NCBI GenBank assembly: GCA_964016885.1
Contig: OZ024743.1
Span: forward strand, 207,762,001 to 207,826,000
Reading direction: 5' to 3'
DNA length: 64,000 nt
DNA from: Eledone cirrhosa
Lineage: Eukaryota
Position numbers and translations under genes: made by a program. Shown piece after piece: positions 49,975 through 63,517 of this stretch (its first letter is position 1; each line of letters begins with the position of its first letter). Under the pieces are notes generated by a model that was not told the origin of the DNA, made no database searches, and was given only the letters and a program-made list of their open reading frames with translations.

Positions 49975-52900
49975 AAGTGTTCAAGTTTGACCTCTGTCAG
50001 TTACAAGTGTTCAAGTTTGACCTCTGTCAGTTACAACAAGTGTTCAAGTTAGACTTCTGTCAGTTACAACAACAAGTGTTCAAGTTAGCCCTCTGTCAGT
50101 TACAACAAGTATTCAAGTGAGACCTCTGTCAGTTATAAGTATTCAAGTTAGACCTCTGTCAGTTACAACAACAAGTATTCAAGTTAGACCTCTGTCAGTT
50201 ACAACAAGTATTCAAGTTAGACCTCTGTCAGTTTTAACAAGTGTTCAAGTGAGACCTCTGTCAGTTACAACAAGTATTCAAGTTAGACCTCTGTTAGTTC
50301 TAACAAGTATTCAAGTTAAACCTCTGTCAGTTACAACAAGTGTTCAAGTTAGACTTCTGTCAATTACAACAAGTGTTCAAGTTAGACCTCTGTCAGTTAC
50401 AACAACAAGTATTCAAGTTAGACCTCTGTCAGTTACAACAAGTGTTCAAGTTAGACCTCTGTCAGTTCTAACAAGTATTCAAGTTAGACCTCTGTCAGTT
50501 ACAACAACAAGTGTTCAAGTTAGACTTCTGTCAGTTACAACAAGTATTCAAGTTAGACCTCTGTCAGTTACAACAAGTGTTCAAGTGAGACTTCTGTCAG
50601 TTACAACAAGTGTTCAAGTGAGACCTCTGTCAGTTACAACAAGTATTCAAGTTAGACCTCTGTCAGTTACAACAAGTATTCAAGTTAGACTTCTGTCAGT
50701 TACAACAAGTGTTCAAGTTAGACCTCTGTCAGTTACAACAAGTGTTCAAGTTAGACTTCTGTCAGTTACAACAAGTATTCAAGTTAGACCTCTGTCAGTT
50801 ACAACAAGTACTCAAGTGAGACTTCTGTCAGTTACAAGTGTTCAAGTGAGACTTCTGTCAGTTACAACAAGTGTTCAAGTTAGACCTCTGTCAGTTACAA
50901 CAAGTATTCAAATTAGACCTCTGTCAGTTACAACAAGTGTTCAAGTGAGACTTCTGTCAGTTACAACAAGTATTCAAGTGAGACTTCTGTCAGTTACAAC
51001 AAGTATTCAAGTTAGACCTCTGTCAGTTACAACAAGTGTTCAAGTTAGACCTCTGTCAGTTACAACAAGTATTCAAGTGAGACTTCTGTCAGTTACAACA
51101 AGTATTCTAGTGAGACTTCAGTCAGTTACAACAACAAGTGTTCAAGTTAGACCTCTGTCAGTTACAACAAGTGTTCAAGTTAGACCTCTGTCAGTTACAA
51201 CAAGTATTCAAGTGAGACTTCTGTCAGTTACAACAAGTGTTCAAGTTAGACCTCTGTCAGTTACAACAAGTGTTCAAGTTAGACCTGTCAGTTACAACAA
51301 GTGTTCAAGTTAGACCTCTGTCAGTTACGACAAGTGTTCAAGTTAGACTTCTGTCAGTTACAACAAGTGTTCAAGTTAGACCTCTGTCAGTTACAACAAC
51401 AAGTGTTCAAGTTAGACCTCTGTCAGTTACAACAACAAGTGTTCAAGTTAGACCTCTGTCAGTTACAACAACAAGTGTTCAAGTTAGACCTCTGTCAGTT
51501 ACAACAAGTGTTCAAGTGAGACCCCTGTCAGTTACAACAGGTGTTCAAGTTAGACCTCTCTCAGTTACAACAAGTGTTCAAGTTAGACCTCTGTCAGTTA
51601 CAACAAGTGTTCAAGTTAGACCTCTGTCAGTTACAACAACAAGTGTTCAAGTTAGACCTCTGTCAGTTACAACAACAAGTGTTCAAGTGAGACTTCTGTC
51701 AGTTACAACAACAAGTGTTCAAGTTAGACCTCTGTCAGTTACAACAACAAGTGTTCAAGTTAGACCTCTGTCAGTTACAACAAGTGTTCAAGTTAGACCT
51801 CTGTCAGTTACAACAACAAGTGTTCAAGTTAGACCTCTGTCAGTTACAACAACAAGTGTTCAAGTGAGACTTCTGTCAGTTACAACAAGTGTTCAAGTTA
51901 GACCTATGTCAGTTACAACAAGTATTCAAGTTAGACCTCTGTCAGTTACAACAAGTGTTCAAGTGAGACTTCTGTCAGTTACAACAACAAGTGTTCAAGT
52001 TAGACCTCTGTCAGTTCCAACAAGTGTTCAAGTTAGACCTCTGTCAGTTACAACAAGTGTTCAAGTTAGACTTCTGTCAGTTACAACAAGTATTCAAGTG
52101 AGACTTCTGTCAGTTACAACAAGTGTTCAAGTTAGACCTCTGTCAGTTACAACAAGTATTCAAGTTAGACCTCTGTCAGTTACAACAAGTGTTCAAGTTA
52201 GACCTCTGTCAGTTACAACAAGTGTTCAAGTTAGACCTCTGTCAGTTACAACAAGTGTTCAAGTTAGACCTCTGTCAGTTACAACAACAAGTGTTCAAGT
52301 TAGACCTGTCAGTTACAACAACAAGTGTTCAAGTGAGACTTCTGTCAGTTACAACAAGTGTTCAAGTTAGACCTCTGTCAGTTACAACAACAAGTGTTCA
52401 AGTTAGACCTCTGTCAGTTACAACAACAAGTGTTCAAGTTAGACCTCTGTCAGTTACAACAAGTGTTCAAGTGAGACTTCTGTCAGTTACAACAAGTGTT
52501 CAAGTTAGACTTCTGTCAGTTACAACAAGTATTCAAGTGAGACTTCTGTCAGTTACAACAAGTGTTCAAGTGAGACTTCTGTCAGTTACAACAAGTATTC
52601 AAGTGAGACTTCTGTCAGTTAAAACAAGTATTCAAGTGAGACTTCTGTCAGTTACAACAAGTATTCAAGTTAGACCTCTGTCAGTTACAACAAGTGTTCA
52701 AGTTAGACCTCTGTCAGTTACAACAAGTATTCAAGTGAGACTTCTGTCAGTTACAACAAGTATTCTAGTGAGACTTCAGTCAGTTACAACAACAAGTGTT
52801 CAAGTTAGACCTCTGTCAGTTACAACAAGTGTTCAAGTTAGACCTCTGTCAGTTACAACAAGTATTCAAGTGAGACTTCTGTCAGTTACAACAAGTGTTC

Positions 52901-55900
52901 AAGTTAGACCTCTGTCAGTTACAACAAGTGTTCAAGTTAGACCTGTCAGTTACAACAAGTGTTCAAGTTAGACCTCTGTCAGTTACGACAAGTGTTCAAG
53001 TTAGACTTCTGTCAGTTACAACAAGTGTTCAAGTTAGACCTCTGTCAGTTACAACAACAAGTGTTCAAGTTAGACCTCTGTCAGTTACAACAACAAGTGT
53101 TCAAGTTAGACCTCTGTCAGTTACAACAACAAGTGTTCAAGTTAGACCTCTGTCAGTTACAACAAGTGTTCAAGTGAGACCCCTGTCAGTTACAACAGGT
53201 GTTCAAGTTAGACCTCTCTCAGTTACAACAAGTGTTCAAGTTAGACCTCTGTCAGTTACAACAAGTGTTCAAGTTAGACCTCTGTCAGTTACAACAACAA
53301 GTGTTCAAGTTAGACCTCTGTCAGTTACAACAACAAGTGTTCAAGTGAGACTTCTGTCAGTTACAACAACAAGTGTTCAAGTTAGACCTCTGTCAGTTAC
53401 AACAACAAGTGTTCAAGTTAGACCTCTGTCAGTTACAACAAGTGTTCAAGTTAGACCTCTGTCAGTTACAACAACAAGTGTTCAAGTTAGACCTCTGTCA
53501 GTTACAACAAGTGTTCAAGTTAGACCTCTGTCAGTTACAACAACAAGTGTTCAAGTTAGGCCTCTGTCAGTTACAACAAGTGTTCAAGTGAGACTTCTGT
53601 CAGTTACAACAACAACAAGTGTTCAAGTTAGACCTCTGTCAGTTACAACAACAAGTGTTCAAGTTAGACCTCTGTCAGTTACAACAACAAGTATTCAAGT
53701 TAGACCTCTGTCAGTTACAACAAGTATTCAAGTTAGACCTCTGTCAGTTACAACAAGTATTCAAGTTAGACCTCTGTCAGTTCTAACAAGTGTTCAAGTG
53801 AGACCTCTGTCAGTTACAACAAGTATTCAAGTTAGACCTCTGTCAGTTCTAACAAGTATTCAAGTTAAACCTCTGTCAGTTACAACAACAAGTGTTCAAG
53901 TTAGACTTCTGTCAATTACAACAAGTATTCAAGTTAGACCTCTGTCAGTTCTAACAAGTATTCAAGTTAGACCTCTGTCAGTTACAACAAGTGTTCAAGT
54001 TAGACTTCTGTCAGTTACAACAAGTATTCAAGTTAGACCTCTGTCAGTTACAACAAGTGTTCAAGTTAGACCTCTGTCAGTTACAACAAGTGTTCAAGTT
54101 AGACTTCTGTCAGTTACAACAAGTGTTCAAGTTAGACTTCTGTCAGTTACAACAAGTGTTCAAGTTAGACTTCTGTCAGTTACAACAAGTATTCAAGTTA
54201 GACCTCTGTCAGTTACAAGTATTCAAGTTAGACCTCTGTCAGTTACAACAAGTGTTCAAGTGAGACTTCTGTCAGTTACAACAAGTATTCAAGTTAGACC
54301 TCTGTCAGTTACAACAAGTGTTCAAGTGAGACTTCTGTCAGTTACAACAAGTATTCAAGTGAGACTTCTGTCAGTTACAACAAGTATTCAAGTTAGACCT
54401 CTGTCAGTTACAAGAAGTGTTCAAGTTAGACCTCTGTCAGTTACAACAAGTATTCAAGTGAGACTTCTGTCAGTTAAAACAAGTATTCAAGTGAGACTTC
54501 TGTCAGTTACAACAAGTATTCAAGTTAGACCTCTGTCAGTTCTAACAAGTATTCAAGTTAAACCTCAGTCAGTTACAACAAGTGTTCAAGTTAGACTTCT
54601 GTCAATTACAACAAGTATTCAAGTTAGACCTCTGTCAGTTCTAACAAGTATTCAAGTTAGACCTCTGTCAGTTACAACAACAAGTGTTCAAGTTAGACTT
54701 CTGTCAGTTACAACAAGTATTCAAGTTAGACCTCTGTCAGTTACAACAAGTGTTCAAGTTAGACCTCTGTCAGTTACAACAAGTGTTCAAGTTAGACTTC
54801 TGTCAGTTACAACAAGTGTTCAAGTTAGACTTCTGTCAGTTACAACAAGTGTTCAAGTTAGACTTCTGTCAGTTACAACAAGTATTCAAGTTAGACCTCT
54901 GTCAGTTACAAGTATTCAAGTTAGACCTCTGTCAGTTACAACAAGTGTTCAAGTGAGACTTCTGTCAGTTACAACAAGTGTTCAAGTTAGACTTCTGTCA
55001 GTTACAACAAGTATTCAAGTTAGACCTCTGTCAGTTACAACAAGTGTTCAAGTGAGACTTCTGTCAGTTACAACAAGTGTTCAAGTTAGACTTCTGTCAG
55101 TTACAACAAGTATTCAAGTGAGACTTCTGTCAGTTACAACAAGTGTTCAAGTGAGAATTCTGTCAGTTACAACAAGTATTCAAGTGAGACTTCTGTCAGT
55201 TAAAACAAGTATTCAAGTGAGACTTCTGTCAGTTACAACAAGTATTCAAGTTAGACCTCTGTCAGTTACAACAAGTGTTCAAGTTAGACCTCTGTCAGTT
55301 ACAACAAGTATTCAAGTGAGACTTCTGTCAGTTACAACAAGTATTCTAGTGAGACTTCAGTCAGTTACAACAACAAGTGTTCAAGTTAGACCTCTGTCAG
55401 TTACAACAAGTGTTCAAGTTAGACCTCTGTCAGTTACAACAAGTGTTCAAGTTAGACCTCTGTCAGTTACAACAAGTGTTCAAGTTAGACCTCTGTCAGT
55501 TACAAGTGTTCAAGTTAGACCACTGTCAGTTACAACAGGTGTTCAAGTTAGACTTCTGTCAGTTACAACAAGTCTTCAAGTTAGACCTCTGTCAGTTACA
55601 ACAACAAGTGTTCAAGTTAGACCTCTGTCAGTTACAACAAGTGTTCAAGTGAGACCCCTGTCAGTTACAACAAGTGTTCAAGTTAGACCTCTGTCAGTTA
55701 CAACAAGTGTTCAAGTTAGACCTCTGTCAGTTACAACAAGTGTTCAAGTTAGACCTCTGTCAGTTACAACAACAAGTGTTCAAGTTAGACCTCTGTCAGT
55801 TACAACAACAAGTGTTCAAGTGAGACTTCTGTCAGTTACAACAACAAGTGTTCAAGTTAGACCTCTGTCAGTTACAACAAGTGTTCAAGTTAGACCTCTG

Positions 55901-58900
55901 TCAGTTACAACAAGTGTTCAAGTTAGACCTCTGTCAGTTACAACAACAAGTGTTCAAGTTAGCCCACTGTCAGTTACAACAACAAGTGTTCAAGTTAGAC
56001 CTCTGTCAGTTACAACAAGTGTTCAAGTGAGACTTCTGTCAGTTACAACAAGTGTTCAAGTTAGACCTCTGTCAGTTACAACAAGTATTCAAGTTAGACC
56101 TCTGTCAGTTACAACAAGTGTTCATGTGAGACTTCTGTCAGTTACAACAAGTGTTCAAGTTAGACCTCTGTCAGTTACAAGTGTTCAAGTTAGACCTCTG
56201 TCAGTTACAACAACAAGTGTTCAAGTTAGACCTGTCAGTTACAACAAGTGTTCAAGTGAGACCTCTGTCAGTTACAACAAGTGTTCAAGTGAGACTTCTG
56301 TCAGTTACAACAAGTGTTCAAGTGAGACTTCTGTCAGTTACAACAAGTATTCAAGTGAGACTTCTGTCAGTTACAACAAGTGTTCAAGTTAGACCTCTGT
56401 CAGTTACAACAAGTGTTCAAGTTAGACCTCTGTCAGTTACAACAAGTATTCAAGTGAGACTTCTGTCAGTTACAACAAGTATTCAAGTGAGACTTCTGTC
56501 AGTTACAACATGTATTCAAGTGAGACTCCTGTCAGTTACAACAAGTGTTCAAGTTAGACTTCTGTCAGTTACAACAAGTATTCAAGTTAGACCTCTGTCA
56601 GTTACAACAAGTGTTCAAGTTAGACCTCTGTCAGTTACAACAAGTGTTCAAGTTAGACCTCTGTCAGTTACAACAAGTATTCTAGTGAGACTTCAGTCAG
56701 TTACAACAACAAGTGTTCAAGTTAGACCTCTGTCAGTTACAACAAGTGTTCAAGTTAGACCTCTGTCAGTTACAACAAGTGTTCAAGTTAGACCTCTGTC
56801 AGTTACAACAAGTATTCAAGTGAGACTTCTGTCAGTTAAAACAAGTATTCAAGTGAGACTTCTGTCAGTTACAACAAGTATTCAAGTTAGACCTCTGTCA
56901 GTTCTAACAAGTATTCAAGTTAAACCTCTGTCAGTTACAACAACAAGTGTTCAAGTTAGACTTCTGTCAATTACAACAAGTATTCAAGTTAGACCTCTGT
57001 CAGTTCTAACAAGTATTCAAGTTAGACCTCTGTCAGTTACAACAACAAGTGTTCAAGTTAGACTTCTGTCAGTTACAACAAGTATTCAAGTTAGACCTCT
57101 GTCAGTTACAACAAGTGTTCAAGTTAGACCTCTGTCAGTTACAACAAGTGTTCAAGTTAGACTTCTGTCAGTTACAACAAGTGTTCAAGTTAGACTTCTG
57201 TCAGTTACAACAAGTGTTCAAGTTAGACTTCTATCAGTTACAACAAGTATTCAAGTTAGACCTCTGTCAGTTACAAGTATTCAAGTTAGACCTCTGTCAG
57301 TTACAACAAGTGTTCAAGTGAGACTTCTGTCAGTTACAACAACTGTTCAAGTTAGACTTCTGTCAGTTACAACAAGTATTCAAGTTAGACCTCTGTCAGT
57401 TACAACAAGTGTTCAAGTGAGACTTCTGTCAGTTACAACAAGTGTTCAAGTTAGACTTCTGTCAGTTACAACAAGTATTCAAGTAAGACTTCTGTCAGTT
57501 ACAACAAGTGTTCAAGTGAGACTTCTGTCAGTTACAACAAGTATTCAAGTGAGACTTCTGTCAGTTAAAACAAGTATTCAAGTGAGACTTCTGTCAGTTA
57601 CAACAAGTATTCAAGTTAGACCTCTGTCAGTTACAACAAGTGTTCAAGTTAGACCTCTGTCAGTTACAACAAGTATTCAAGTGAGACTTCTGTCAGTTAC
57701 AACAAGTATTCTAGTGAGACTTCAGTCAGTTACAACAACAAGTGTTCAAGTTAGACCTCTGTCAGTTACAACAAGTGTTCAAGTTAGACCTCTGTCAGTT
57801 ACAACAAGTGTTCAAGTGAGACCCCTATCAGTTACAACAAGTGTTCAAGTTAGACCTCTGTCAGTTACAACAAGTGTTCAAGTTAGACCTCTGTCAGTTA
57901 CAACAAGTGTTCAAGTTAGACCTCTGTCAGTTACAACAACAAGTGTTCAAGTTAGACCTCTGTCAGTTACAACAACAAGTGTTCAAGTGAGACTTCTGTC
58001 AGTTACAACAACAAGTGTTCAAGTTAGACCTCTGTCAGTTACAACAAGTGTTCAAGTTAGACCTCTGTCAGTTACAACAAGTGTTCAAGTTAGACCTCTG
58101 TCAGTTACAACAACAAGTGTTCAAGTTAGACCTCTGTCAGTTACAACAACAAGTGTTCAAGTTAGCCCACTGTCAGTTACAACAACAAGTGTTCAAGTTA
58201 GACCTCTGTCAGTTACAACAAGTGTTCAAGTGAGACTTCTGTCAGTTACAACAAGTGTTCAAGTTAGACCTCTGTCAGTTACAACAAGTATTCAAGTTAG
58301 ACCTCTGTCAGTTACAACAAGTGTTCATGTGAGACTTCTGTCAGTTACAACAAGTGTTCAAGTTAGACCTCTGTCAGTTACAAGTGTTCAAGTTAGACCT
58401 CTGTCAGTTACAACAACAAGTGTTCAAGTTAGACCTGTCAGTTACAACAAGTGTTCAAGTGAGACCTCTGTCAGTTACAACAAGTGTTCAAGTGAGACTT
58501 CTGTCAGTTACAACAAGTGTTCAAGTGAGACTTCTGTCAGTTACAACAAGTATTCAAGTGAGACTTCTGTCAGTTACAACAAGTGTTCAAGTTAGACCTC
58601 TGTCAGTTACAACAAGTGTTCAAGTTAGACCTCTGTCAGTTACAACAAGTATTCAAGTGAGACTTCTGTCAGTTACAACAAGTATTCAAGTGAGACTTCT
58701 GTCAGTTACAACATGTATTCAAGTGAGACTCCTGTCAGTTACAACAAGTGTTCAAGTTAGACTTCTGTCAGTTACAACAAGTATTCAAGTTAGACCTCTG
58801 TCAGTTACAACAAGTGTTCAAGTTAGACCTCTGTCAGTTACAACAAGTGTTCAAGTTAGACCTCTGTCAGTTACAACAAGTATTCTAGTGAGACTTCAGT

Positions 58901-61900
58901 CAGTTACAACAACAAGTGTTCAAGTTAGACCTCTGTCAGTTACAACAAGTGTTCAAGTTAGACCTCTGTCAGTTACAACAAGTGTTCAAGTTAGACTTCT
59001 GTCAGTTACAACAAGTGTTCAAGTTAGACCTCTGTCAGTTACAACAACAAGTGTTCAAGTTAGACCTCTGTCAGTTACAACAAGTGTTCAAGTTAGACCT
59101 CTGTCAGTTACAACAAGTATTCAAGTTAGACCTCTGTCAGTTACAACAAGTATTCAAGTTAGACCTGTCAGTTACAACAAGTGTTCAAGTTAGACCTCTG
59201 TCAGTTACAACAAGTGTTCAAGTTAGACCTCTGTCAGTTACAACAAGTGTTCAAGTCAGACCTCTGTCAGTTACAACAACAAGTGTTCAAGTTAGACCTC
59301 TGTCAGTTACAACAACAAGTGTTCAAGTGAGACTTCTGTCAGTTACAACAACAAGTGTTCAAGTTAGACCTCTGTCAGTTACAACAAGTGTTCAAGTTAG
59401 ACCTCTGTCAGTTACAACAAGTGTTCAAGTTAGACTTCTGTCAGTTACAACAAGTGTTCAAGTTAGACCTCTGTCAGTTACAACAACAAGTGTTCAAGTT
59501 AGACCTCTGTCAGTTACAACAAGTGTTCAAGTGAGACTTCTGTCAGTTACAACAACAAGTGTTCAAGTTAGACCTCTGTCAGTTACAACAAGTGTTCAAG
59601 TTAGACCTCTGTCAGTTACAACAACAAGTGTTCAAGTTAGGCCTCTGTCAGTTACAACAAGTGTTCAAGTGAGACTTCTGTCAGTTACAACAACAAGTGT
59701 TCAAGTTAGACCTCTGTCAGTTACAAGTGTTCAAGTTAGACCTCTGTCAGTTACAACAACAAGTGTTCAAGTTAGACCTCTGTCAGTTACAACAAGTGTT
59801 CAAGTTAGACCTCTGTCAGTTACAACAACAAGTGTTCAAGTTAGACCACTGTCAGTTACAACAACAAGTGTTCAAGTTAGACCTCTGTCAGTTACAACAA
59901 TTGTTCAAGTTAGACCTCTGTCAGTTACAACAAGTGTTCAAGTTAGACCTCTGTCAGTTACAACAAGTGTTCAAGTTAGACCTCTGTCAGTTACAACAAG
60001 TGTTCAAGTTAGACTTCTGCCAGTTACAACAAGTGTTCAAGTTAGACCTGTCAGTTACAACAACAAGTGTTCAAGTTAGACCTCTGTCAGTTACAACAAC
60101 AAGTGTTCAAGTTAGACCTCTGTCAGTTACAACAAGTGTTCAAGTGAGACCCCTGTCAGTTACAACAAGTGTTCAAGTTAGACCTCTGTCAGTTACAACA
60201 ACAAGTGTTCAAGTTAGACCTCTGTCAGTTACAACAACAAGTGTTCAAGTGAGACTTCTGTCAGTTACAACAACAAGTGTTCAAGTTAGACCTCTGTCAG
60301 TTACAACAAGTGTTCAAGTTAGACCTCTGTCAGTTACAACAACAAGTGTTCAAGTTAGACCTCTGTCAGTTACAACAACAAATGTTCAAGTTAGACCTCT
60401 GTCAGTTACAACAACAAGTGTTCAAGTTAGACCACTGTCAGTTACAACAACAAGTGTTCAAGTTAGACCTCTGTCAGTTACAACAACAAGTGTTCAAGTG
60501 AGACTTCTGTCAGTTACAACAAGTGTTCAAGTTAGACCTCTGTCAGTTACAACAAGTATTCAAGTTAGACCTCTGTCAGTTACAACAAGTGTTCAAGTGA
60601 GACTTCTGTCAGTTACAACAAGTGTTCAAGTTAGACCTCTGTCAGTTACAACAACAAGTGTTCAAGTTAGACCTCTGTCAGTTACAACAACAAGTGTTCA
60701 AGTTAGACCTCTGTCAGTTACAACAACAAGTGTTCAAGTGAGACCTCTGTCAGTTACAACAAGTGTTCAAGTGAGACTTCTGTCAGTTACAACAAGTGTT
60801 CAAGTGAGACTTCTGTCAGTTACAAGTATTCAAGTGAGACTTCTGTCAGTTACAACAAGTGTTCAAGTTAGACCTCTGTCAGTTACAACAAGTATTCAAG
60901 TTAGACGTCTGTCAGTTACAACAAGTATTCAAGGGAGACTTCTGTCAGTTACAACAAGTATTCAAGTGAGACTTCTGTCAGTTACAACATGTATTCAAGT
61001 TAGACCTATGTCAGTTACAACAAGTATTCAAGTGAGACTCCTGTCAGTTACAACAAGTGTTCAAGTTAGACTTCTGTCAGTTACAACAAGTATTCAAGTT
61101 AGACCTCTGTCAGTTACAACAAGTGTTCAAGTTAGACCTCTGTCAGTTACAACAAGTGTTCAAGTTAGACCTCTGTCAGTTACAACAAGTATTCTAGTGA
61201 GACTTCAGTCAGTTACAACAACAAGTGTTCAAGTTAGACCTCTGTCAGTTACAACAAGTGTTCAAGTTAGACCTCTGTCAGTTACAACAAGTGTTCAAGT
61301 TAGACTTCTGTCAGTTACAACAAGTGTTCAAGTTAGACCTCTGTCAGTTACAACAAGTGTTCAAGTTAGACCTCTGTCAGTTACAACAACAAGTGTTCAA
61401 GTTAGACCTCTGTCAGTTACAACAAGTGTTCAAGTTAGACTTCTGTCAGTTACAACAAGTGTTCAAGTTAGACCTCTGTCAGTTACAACAAGTATTCAAG
61501 TTAGACCTGTCAGTTACAACAAGTGTTCAAGTTAGACCTCTGTCAGTTACAACAAGTGTTCAAGTTAGACCTCTGTCAGTTACAACAAGTGTTCAAGTTA
61601 GACCTCTGTCAGTTACAACAACAAGTGAGGCTTGTCAGTCACAACAACAAGTGTTCAAGTTAGACCTCTGTCAGTTACAACAAGTGTTCAAGTTAGACCT
61701 CTGTCAGTTACAACAAGTGTTCAAGTTAGACCTCTCTCAGTTACAACAACAAGTGTTCAAGTTAGACCTCTGTCAGTTACAACAAGTGTTCAAGTTAAAC
61801 CTGTCAGTTACAACAAGTGTTCAAGTGAGACTTCTGTCAGTTACAACAACAAGTGTTCAAGTTAGACCTCTGTCAGTTACAACAACAAGTGTTCAAGTTA

Positions 61901-62970
61901 GACCTCTGTCAGTTACAACAACAAGTGTTCAAGTTAGGCCTCTGTCAGTTACAACAAGTGTTCAAGTGAGACTTCTGTCAGTTACAACAACAAGTGTTCA
62001 AGTTAGACCTCTGTCAGTTACAACAAGTGTTCAAGTTAGACCTCTGTCAGTTACAACAACAAGTGTTCAATTGAGACGTGTCAGTTACAACAAGTGTTCA
62101 AGTTAGACCTCTGTCAGTTACAACAACAAGTGTTCAAGTTAGACCTCTGTCAGTTACAACAAGTGTTCAAGTTAGACCTCTCTCAGTTACAACAACAAGT
62201 GTTCAAGTTAGACCTCTGTCAGTTACAACAACAAGTGTTCAAGTTAAACCTCTGTCAGTTACAACAAGTGTTCAAGTGAGACTTCTGTCAGTTACAACAA
62301 GTGTTCAAGTTAGACCTCTGTCAGTTACAACAACAAGTGTTCAAGTTAGACCTCTGTCAGTTACAACAACAAGTGTTCAAGTTAGGCCTCTGTCAGTTAC
62401 AACAGGTTGTTGTAACTGACAGAAGTCTCACTTGAACACAAGTGTTCAAGTTAGACCTCTGTCAGTTACAACAACAAGTGTTCAAGTGAGACTTCTGTCA
62501 GTTACAACAAGTGTTCAAGTTAGACCTCTGTCAGTTACAACAACAAGTGTTCAAGTGAGACTTCTGTCAGTTACAACAACAAGTGTTCAAGTTAGACCTC
62601 TGTCAGTTACAACAACAAGTGTTCAAGTTAGACCTCTGTCAATTACAACAACAAGTGTTCAAGTGAGACTTCTGTCAGTTACAACAAGTGTTCAAGTTAG
62701 ACCTCTGTCAGTTACAACAACAAGTGTTCAAGTGAGACTTCTGTCAGTTACAACAACAAGTGTTCAAGTTAGACCTCTGTCAGTTACAACAACAAGTGTT
62801 CAAGTTAGACCTCTGTCAATTACAACAACAAGTGTTCAAGTTAGACCTCTGTCAGTTACAACAACAAGTGTTCAAGTGAGACTTCTGTCAGATACAACAA
62901 GTGTTTAAGTTAGACCTCTGTCAGTTACAACAACAAGTATTCAAGTTAGACCTCTGTCAGTTACAACAAC
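49975..62970. repeat. 33-bp satellite, ~13 kb, roughly 385 units, consensus AGTGTTCAAGTTAGACCTCTGTCAGTTACAACA, with higher-order repeats
   Basis: Directly visible; 11-aa periodicity (SVQVRPLSVTT); 30- and 36-bp variants arise from ACA slippage. Confidence 0.99.
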
Positions 62971-62996
62971 AAAATAGTCAATAAAAGAAAACTCAC

Positions 62997-63040
62997 CAAA
63001 AACACGCAGTTGTCTTTCATGATGGCATGCTCAATGATTC
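62997..63040 (-). CDS. 44-nt internal coding exon (xIIEHAIMKDNCVFL) of an unidentified minus-strand gene
   Basis: Strong acceptor TATTTCTGTTTATCTTCCAG and donor GTGAGT; only one frame is open (phase 1 to 0). Confidence 0.75.
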
Positions 63041-63089
63041 CTGGAAGATAAACAGAAATATTACTGGTATTAAAAATAATTATAGTTTT

Positions 63090-63348
63090 CAACATAGGCA
63101 CACAGTTTCAGATTTTGGGGTGAGGGTATAGGCTATTATGTCAACCCCTGTACATGACTGGTACTTATTTTGAAGTGAGGGTATAAGCTATTATGTCAAC
63201 CCCTGTACATGACTGGTACTTATTTTTTCTACTCTGGAAGGATGAGAGGTAAAAACAATTCCAGCAGAATTTAAACACAGAACATCAAGATACTTAACTA
63301 TGTAAGGCATTTTGTCAGTCACCATACCAGTTCTGCCAATCCATCGTC
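63090..63348 (-). mobile_element. Diverged family A SINE with ~55-bp internal duplication
   Basis: CTGCCAATCC head; GACTGGTACTTATTT occurs twice. Confidence 0.75.
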
Positions 63349-63517
63349 CTCTAATTGGAAATGATATTAAATAATACAGATTCAGGTTTTTTAAATATTT
63401 TTATATAATTTATAAAAGCAACGAAAATAATTTTCATAAATTGGACTTAAAACAGGAAAAAAGAAAAAATCGATGGCTTTGAGCCAAAATTAGAAGCTAT
63501 TATTATAATACACAAAA

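Noticed and set aside
51301-62279. (FKLDLCQLQQV)n alternative-frame ORFs
   Set aside because: Second frame of the same satellite, repeatedly terminated by the GTGAG variant
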